NCBI GenBank assembly: GCA_965224485.1
Contig: CBDCZH010000023.1
Span: 40,376-104,375, forward strand
Direction of reading: 5' to 3'
DNA length: 64,000 bases
Source of the DNA: Arcobacteraceae bacterium
Lineage (GTDB): Bacteria; Campylobacterota; Campylobacteria; Campylobacterales; Arcobacteraceae
Shown here: positions 58,602-64,000 of the stretch, piece by piece
Numbering within the stretch: position 1 is the stretch's first letter
How the letters are laid out: the number at the start of each line of letters is the position of its first letter
Program-made: the position numbers and the translations under genes
The notes under the pieces: model-generated
The model's database searches: none
The model's input: the letters and a program-made list of their open reading frames with translations, nothing else
Told to the model about the DNA's origin: nothing

Positions 58602-59927
58602 TTAGTCCAATAATTTATTTGTATCTATTTTTTTCTTAGCTTTAACTCCAAGCTCAATAAACTCTTCACTTCTTCTTATTAAATTGCCCTTTCCAGAGCT
58701 TAGTTTATTTACCGCACTATCATAAGCTTTAGAAGTTCTATTTAAATTTGTTCCAATATCTTCTATATCTTTTACAAAAGCTGCAAACTTATCATATAAA
58801 TCTGCTGCTTTTTTAGAAATTACTAAAGCATTTTCATTTTGATGCTCATATCTCCATATATTTTCAATAGTTCTAAGAGTTACAAAAAGTGTTGAAGGTG
58901 AAACTAACATAATATTATGCTCAAAGGCTGTTTTAAACAGATGATTGTCATTAGAAGCTGCTAGCATAAAAGCACCCTCTAAAGGAATAAATAAAAGTAC
59001 AAAATCTAAAGAGTTTACATCTTTAATATCTTCATATTTTTTACTACTTAAACCTTTTATATGAGCATAAATGGATTTAATTAACTCTTTTGTATATTTT
59101 TGTTTTTCATCTTCATTTGAGCTTTCTATATAGTTTGTATATGAAACAAGTGAAACTTTTGAATCAATTACTACATCTTTGTTTTGAGGAAGATGAACTA
59201 TAACATCAGGTCTTAACCTTTTTCCATCTTCACTTGTATATGAGCCTTGAGTTGAGTACTCTCTTCCCTCTCTTAATCCAGTTTGCTCTAAGATTTTAGA
59301 TAAAATCATCTCACCCCAATCGCCTTGGGTCTTATTTTCACCTTTTAAAGCTTTTGTTAGATTTAGGGCATCTGAAGAAATTTGATTATTTAACTCTTTT
59401 AAGTTCTTGATTTCTCCTAGAAGTGAGGTTCTTTGTTTTGTCTCCTCACTATAAATATCATTAACTCTTTTTCCAAAACCTTCAAGTTGTTCTTTAAAAG
59501 GTTTTAAAACATGCTCAAAGTTTGTATTTGACTTTTTACTATTTTCTTCAAATATTTTATTAGCTAAGTTTTCAAACTCTACTTTCATCTGTTTTTTAGA
59601 CTCTTCAAGAAGAGCAAGTTTTTCTTCAAAAGAATTTTGCATAAAATCTAATTTTTCTTCTAAAGTAGAGTTTTTAAGTTCAGCTTCACTTAGTTTACTA
59701 GTATGCAAAATATTTTGATTATTCAATTCTTGCAAATAAAGATCTTTTTGAGAATTAAGAGCGTTATTTAATGAGCTTTGTTCTAAATTCGCTTCAAAAT
59801 TAAGTTTGTTTAACTTTTTCTCATAATTTTGTTTAGTTATAAACCATGTTATTACTAAGGCTAAAACAAATACAATTATTACACTTACAACTATCAATAT
59901 TTCATTATTCATCTTCTTTAAAATCAC
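58602..59927 (-). CDS. rmuC: DNA recombination protein RmuC
   Basis: 441 aa. N-terminal TM, long coiled coil, C-terminal RmuC nuclease-like domain (RPDVIVHLPQNKDVVIDSKVSL). Confidence 0.85.
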   Translation of the reverse strand: MILKKMNNEILIVVSVIIVFVLALVITWFITKQNYEKKLNKLNFEANLEQSSLNNALNSQKDLYLQELNNQNILHTSKLSEAELKNSTLEEKLDFMQNSFEEKLALLEESKKQMKVEFENLANKIFEENSKKSNTNFEHVLKPFKEQLEGFGKRVNDIYSEETKQRTSLLGEIKNLKELNNQISSDALNLTKALKGENKTQGDWGEMILSKILEQTGLREGREYSTQGSYTSEDGKRLRPDVIVHLPQNKDVVIDSKVSLVSYTNYIESSNEDEKQKYTKELIKSIYAHIKGLSSKKYEDIKDVNSLDFVLLFIPLEGAFMLAASNDNHLFKTAFEHNIMLVSPSTLFVTLRTIENIWRYEHQNENALVISKKAADLYDKFAAFVKDIEDIGTNLNRTSKAYDSAVNKLSSGKGNLIRRSEEFIELGVKAKKKIDTNKLLD

Positions 59928-61150
59928 CTTTTAATGCATCACTAGTATTTGAATGTATATCATAACCTAACTCTTTAAATCTCGCAGTTAATGGAGGATG
60001 AGAGAAATAAAAGAATATATATAAAGGATGAGATAAAGGAAAAGATTTGTTTTCATTTGCAAGTTTTAATAAAGCAGATACTAAATCCTCTTTTGAAGAT
60101 AAATTTGAACCAAACTCATCTGCTGCATATTCATTATGTCTTGAAATTACAGAAATCAAAGGCATTAAGAAAAATGATAAAATTGGTGAAAACATTAAAA
60201 ATACTATGATTATAGAATAAGGTTCATTTTGTAAATGAAGTCCTAAAAATATCTCATCACCAAGATTTCCAAAAATTGCAAAAAATGCAAACATAATTAA
60301 ACCCATGATTCCGATATTTTTAAGAATATCACCATTTTAAAATGTCCTAATTCATGTCCTAAAACAGCTAAAAGCTCATTATGTGATAATTTTTCTATTA
60401 AAGTATCATACAATACTACTCTCTTAGTACTACCAAGACCTCCAAAGTAAGCATTTAGTCTATTATCTCGCTTAGAAGCATCTACTGAAAATACACCCTT
60501 GCTTTTAAAACCAACTTCATCTAAAAGTTTCTCAATTTTTACTTCAAGTTCTTTGTCTTTTAAAGACTCAAACTTATCAAAGAATTTATCTCTAATTAAT
60601 GGATATAACATATTAATCAATATTATAACAGCAAAAATAAATACAAATCCCCATATCCACCAAGCAGGAAAGTTTTCAATTATAAGAGCTATTCCAGCAA
60701 TAACAGCAGAACCAAAGATTAAAAATAAAAGTGAGCTTTTAATAGTGTCTTTTATGTATAAAGAAACAGTCATATTAGAGAAACCATATTTTTTATCAAG
60801 TTTAAATGTTGAATATAGTGCAAATGGTAGTTCTAAGAACCAATTTATTATAATAAAAACATCTACAAAAATTACTGCTTTTAACCAAAAAGAATCAATA
60901 ATAATTAAAGAGTCTAAAAATGACAAACCAAAACCTATCCAAAGAAAGAATAAAACAAAACCATAAAATGACGAAATAATTGCCATTCTTTCTTTATCAA
61001 TACTATAATTAGCAGCTTCAATATATTTATCATCATCTAATATAACTGCTTTTAAATTTTTAGCTTTTTTACAAAATCAACTTGCATAAAAGAAGTGTAG
61101 ATATTTAAAACAAAATATACACAATATGCAATAACAAATAATTCTAACAA
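59905..61150 (-). pseudogene. M48 family (Ste24/HtpX-like) zinc metallopeptidase, two frameshifts
   Basis: Three collinear pieces. Zinc motif HELGHF. Junction 1: plus T4 at 60335-60338 should be T5 (restores HELGHFKNGDILKNIGIMGLIMF). Junction 2: plus T6 at 61065-61070 should be T7 (restores ..MQVDFVKKAKNLKAVILDDDKYIEAANYSIDKERMAII..). Probable TTG start at 61150 behind AGGA. Confidence 0.8.
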
Positions 61151-61215
61151 AATAATTCCTTATATAAATTTATTTATTCTACTGTTTAACAACTTGATAC
61201 TTCTTAAAAAAATCA

Positions 61216-61685
61216 CTATTTTTGTAAATATTCAAATAAAGAAATAGCTTTTTTTATATCCCTATTTTCATTCGTATAATACAGTATTTCATAGTTGTTT
61301 TTAAAAGATTCTTTAGTCCAATTTATGCTTCCTAAGAGCAATTTTTCTTTATCAAATAAAGCAATTTTAAGATGATTCTTTTTATCTAAGATTTTGCATA
61401 AAATACCTTTTTTCTTTAGTAATTTATAGATTTTATCATTATGTTTTATCTTATTTTCATCAAAATATACCTTAATTATAACTCCTCTTTTTGTGCTTTT
61501 ATTAACTCTTTAGCAAATTTTTTATAAGAAAAATTATACATTGATATTTCTATACTTCTTTTAGATGAAGCAATCAATTTAATAATCTTACTCTTAGCTT
61601 GCCCTGCTTCATTTGGCAAAAAATATAATTTACTATTAGCAAAAACAAAAAGTGAGAATAAAATTATTAAAACTATTTTTTTCAT
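61216..61685 (-). pseudogene. Secreted phospholipase D-family nuclease (Nuc-like), frameshifted
   Basis: Signal peptide MKKIVLIILFSLFVFA. After the shift, the downstream frame gives GVIIKVYFDENK...NHLKIALFDKEKLLLGSINWTKES (HxK-x4-D-x6-GSxN motif). The shift is at the plus T5 run 61488-61492. Confidence 0.75.
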
Positions 61686-61713
61686 AAATATCCTTAAAAT
61701 GAATATATTATAT

Positions 61714-62078
61714 TTAGAGTAAAATTTCTAAATATGACTCTGGAATTCTTTTAGGTTTTCCATTTTTTATAAAAACAACAGTTACTAAAGCTTTAAATAA
61801 AAGCTCCTCATTTCTATATATTTTTTGCTCTAAAACCAAAGAGCTATTACGTTTATTTATAACTTTTGTACTAATATCTAAAAGATCAGCAAACTTAGCT
61901 GACTTAAGATAATCAGCCTCAACTCTTTTAACAACAAAAAACTCATCACCCTCATGAGGAAGTTTTCCCTTAGTAAAAAACAACTCCGACCTAGCTCTCT
62001 TTCACAAAAGTTAATATAATTGCTATGATAAACAATTCCACCACAATCTGTATCTTCATAATATACCCGTATTTTCAC
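61714..62078 (-). pseudogene. YbgC/4HBT-family acyl-CoA thioesterase, frameshifted
   Basis: [27 protein letters not shown] then out of frame. [35 protein letters not shown].. continues in the 61714..61983 ORF. The disruption lies within AGAGAG (plus CTCTCT at 61995-62000) and is consistent with a 2-nt gain. Confidence 0.75.
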
Positions 62079-62118
62079 TCTAAACCCCCTTGTTTATAGA
62101 TTTTATAAATTTAATATT

Positions 62119-63273
62119 TTAAATACTGCCTATAATACTGCCTATATTATCTAATTTAATAATTCTTGTTTTATCATCTTCCTTAATATATTTAGCATAA
62201 ACTTGTAATGTAATTGATAAATCTTTATGACCTAGCATTTTAGATACCCAAAGTATATCAATTCCATTTTGCACATTTGAAATCATATGACTTGCAAAAG
62301 TATGTCTAAGATTATATAAACTTCTTTCTTTGATATCTATTTCTCTAAGTAGTTTTTTAAATCTTACATTTAAAATATCATGAGAGTAAAATGATTTTTT
62401 CAAATAAGATATGAATAGATTTTCATAATTTCCAGTTTCTTTATAAAGCTTTTTTAGCATAGTTTCTAACTGAGGAATCATATCAATATATCTAACACTT
62501 GATTGTGTTTTTACCTCCCCTACTTTACCGTTAACTATTGTTTTTTCTATAGCTATTCTTTTTTTATTATAATCTATATCTTTCCAAGTCAATGCAATAA
62601 GCTCCCCTGGTCTAATACCAGTTAAAAACATAAAGTAAATTATATAATATAAATTGCCTTTCGCAATAGATATTATTTCTTCTATTTCTTTAAAAGTAAA
62701 CGGATTAACATTATCTTCTTCTTTAACTGCTAAAGTTTTCATTTTCTTTTTTATTGATAATGGTGACTTTACTCTTGTCAATGGATTTATTTTTATGTGA
62801 TTATTTTGTAATGCTTTATCAAATATAGAATAAAATATAGAACGATACTTAACAACAGTATTTGGTTTATATTTGTTGAGTAATATTAATTGCCATTTCT
62901 CAAGTTCTATTGGTTTTATATTTTTTAATATATGTTTCTTAAAGTATGAGTTAATATGATTCTTAAAATGTGCAAAGTTTCTTTCATAAACATGCTCTCT
63001 TACAGTTCCTTTGTATACCTCAAAATATTGTATTGAAAATTCTTCCAAAGTTAACTCTTTTTCAAGGTAATCAATATCTAAATCACCAGTTAAAGCAGTT
63101 ACAATCTCTGGAATTATAGAGTTTTTAATATATACTAGATTTTTATCATTAACTTTTAATTTAGTAGTTCTTCTATATCTTTCTTTGTTATAATAAAAAT
63201 CTAGCCACCAATAATTATTTATTGATCTTATTGATATTTTTAAATTTCCATATACTACTTTTATAGAATCCAC
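62119..63273 (-). CDS. Tyrosine-type site-specific integrase
   Basis: 384 aa, GTG start. Catalytic residues are in context: GIRPGEL (R), RHTFASHMI (H-x-x-R), LGHKDLSITLQVYAKY (H...Y). P4-like N-terminal arm-binding region. Confidence 0.9.
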   Translation of the reverse strand: MDSIKVVYGNLKISIRSINNYWWLDFYYNKERYRRTTKLKVNDKNLVYIKNSIIPEIVTALTGDLDIDYLEKELTLEEFSIQYFEVYKGTVREHVYERNFAHFKNHINSYFKKHILKNIKPIELEKWQLILLNKYKPNTVVKYRSIFYSIFDKALQNNHIKINPLTRVKSPLSIKKKMKTLAVKEEDNVNPFTFKEIEEIISIAKGNLYYIIYFMFLTGIRPGELIALTWKDIDYNKKRIAIEKTIVNGKVGEVKTQSSVRYIDMIPQLETMLKKLYKETGNYENLFISYLKKSFYSHDILNVRFKKLLREIDIKERSLYNLRHTFASHMISNVQNGIDILWVSKMLGHKDLSITLQVYAKYIKEDDKTRIIKLDNIGSIIGSI

Positions 63274-63276
63274 TTT

Positions 63277-63622
63277 TTAAATGACATTTTTTAGTATACG
63301 AGACGAAGTCTCACTTAAAATAATTGGCTCTTTTTCTATTTCTTTAACTTGATGTATAACTTTAAGTTTTTGAATTGGATTTCTTTTCAAATCTACAATA
63401 CCAACTGATAGAAATACTATTCTTTCATTATCATTAATAAAGTAATGCTTATTTTTAATAAATATACCTTTTTTGATATAATTATCTATAGTTTTCTCAC
63501 TTTTATTTAAAAAACCTTGCTACTGCCTTTTTAGTATTTAAGGAACTTATACTAATTTGTAATAATTCTACTAAATTACTCATTTGATTTTGTAAATTAT
63601 CTAATCTTGTTTCAATTGTCAT
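63277..63622 (-). pseudogene. Excisionase/AlpA-like small DNA-binding protein, frameshifted
   Basis: ATG 63622 behind AAAGGA gives MTIETRLDNLQNQMSNLVELLQISISSLNTKKAVARFFK*. One base fewer in the T6 run (plus A6 at 63509-63514) gives ..KKAVARFLNKSEKTIDNYIKKGIFIKNKHYF.., ending 4 nt before the integrase GTG. Confidence 0.5.
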
Positions 63623-63636
63623 AACTTATCCTTTAT

Positions 63637-63858
63637 TTATTGCTCTAAAAATATCAAATTCTTTTTTCTTAAAAATTCAATAAATAAATCATATTTAATT
63701 TTATTAACATCATTTATCATAAATTCCAACTGATTGCCAATGCGAAATAAAAAATATCCTATTTCTTTTTCAATTAAATACTCTTCTAAATCAAATTCAA
63801 TGTCCATTGAATCATCATCACTATATATCGCTAGATTAATTTCTATTTTTCTATTCAT
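63637..63858 (-). CDS. Hypothetical small acidic protein (island-borne)
   Basis: 73 aa, AAAGGA RBS 7 nt upstream, no motif. Confidence 0.35.
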   Translation of the reverse strand: MNRKIEINLAIYSDDDSMDIEFDLEEYLIEKEIGYFLFRIGNQLEFMINDVNKIKYDLFIEFLRKKNLIFLEQ

Positions 63859-63907
63859 CTTTTATCCTTTTATTATTTCAATAATAAAAATAATATTGGC
63901 AAAAAAT

Positions 63908-63930
63908 AAAATGGTATAAAAAGCCATTTT
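63908..63930 (-). terminator. Rho-independent terminator of a gene entering from beyond the window
   Basis: AAAATGG-N9-CCATTTT followed on the minus strand by ATTTTTT. It lies ~10 nt after a TAA (63940-63942) that closes an ORF open to nt 64000. Confidence 0.5.
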
Positions 63931-64000
63931 TCAAATTCCTTATTCACCAAAATTCCTATTTGCTAAATCGCCTCTAACTACGGAAAAATTGATGTTTTTC

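Noticed and set aside
2805-63919. Plus- or minus-strand ORFs of 60-155 aa lying antisense inside larger genes. They are 2805..3047, 4877..5164, 8147..8419, 10254..10523, 23797..24015, 27406..27645, 29961..30407, 32485..32685, 32594..32836, 36083..36310, 39280..39552, 42227..42448, 42488..42682, 46096..46347, 46978..47301, 54107..54325, 56633..56824, 59991..60209, 60499..60966 and 63734..63919.
   Set aside because: Each is fully embedded opposite a gene with clear family motifs. Their translations are low-complexity (L/F/I/K/S-rich), as expected from reading AT-rich coding DNA backwards. None has a convincing RBS.
1-64000. CRISPR arrays, rRNA and tRNA genes.
   Set aside because: No regularly spaced direct repeats were seen. 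The GC-rich islands (3.5 kb, 40.4-41.6 kb, 45.2 kb, 45.7-49.7 kb) were inspected, and none shows a cloverleaf-like acceptor/T-arm pattern or rRNA-like sequence. This was eye inspection only. tRNAscan-SE or Infernal would be decisive.
63940-64000. Minus-strand ORF entering from beyond the window (..KNINFSVVRGDLANRNFGE*).
   Set aside because: Only ~19 codons are visible, which is too short to call a product. Only its terminator is reported.

Overview
64-kb chromosomal window from a very AT-rich Campylobacterota genome. It looks Arcobacter-like by gene content and synteny, which is inference only. There are about 75 protein genes, mostly on the minus strand.

Left third (1-24 kb): intact housekeeping genes. 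These are lptD (partial, missing from the ORF track), an RDD protein, purD, a ~180-nt structured RNA (6S candidate), hemD, der, hpf, ftsK, lpxD, ilvNB, a FlaC-like flagellin paralog, a Ppx/GppA-family protein, pssA, a GGDEF cyclase, a SulP permease, trxC, ttcA-DUF523 and putA.

Middle:
- livJHMGF, with livG and livF frameshifted.
- An orphan two-gene cassette (RHH protein plus an unknown ~220-aa protein) wedged 27 nt upstream of livJ.
- A ~12-kb hydroxyproline locus with a GntR regulator. Its trans-3-Hyp branch (Cys/Thr proline-racemase-family dehydratase plus OCD-family reductase) is intact. Its trans-4-Hyp branch (binding protein, FAD dehydrogenase, epimerase, KGSA dehydrogenase) is frameshifted throughout. 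A GC-rich DapA-family gene in the locus is bracketed by ~120-nt direct repeats of a promoter/operator module.

Right:
- A degenerate IS3 element.
- A GC-elevated three-gene block: NhaC transporter, Asp/Glu-racemase-like and saccharopine-dehydrogenase-like genes.
- moeA and an AraC-linked redox/detox cluster, then rmuC.
- Three consecutive pseudogenes: M48 peptidase, PLD/Nuc nuclease and YbgC thioesterase.
- A tyrosine integrase plus a broken excisionase, marking the edge of an island that continues beyond the window.

No rRNA, tRNA or CRISPR array was seen by eye. About 14 frame-disrupting indels were found outside the IS, all in the right 40 kb. All coordinates of motifs and indels were derived by hand from the printed sequence.
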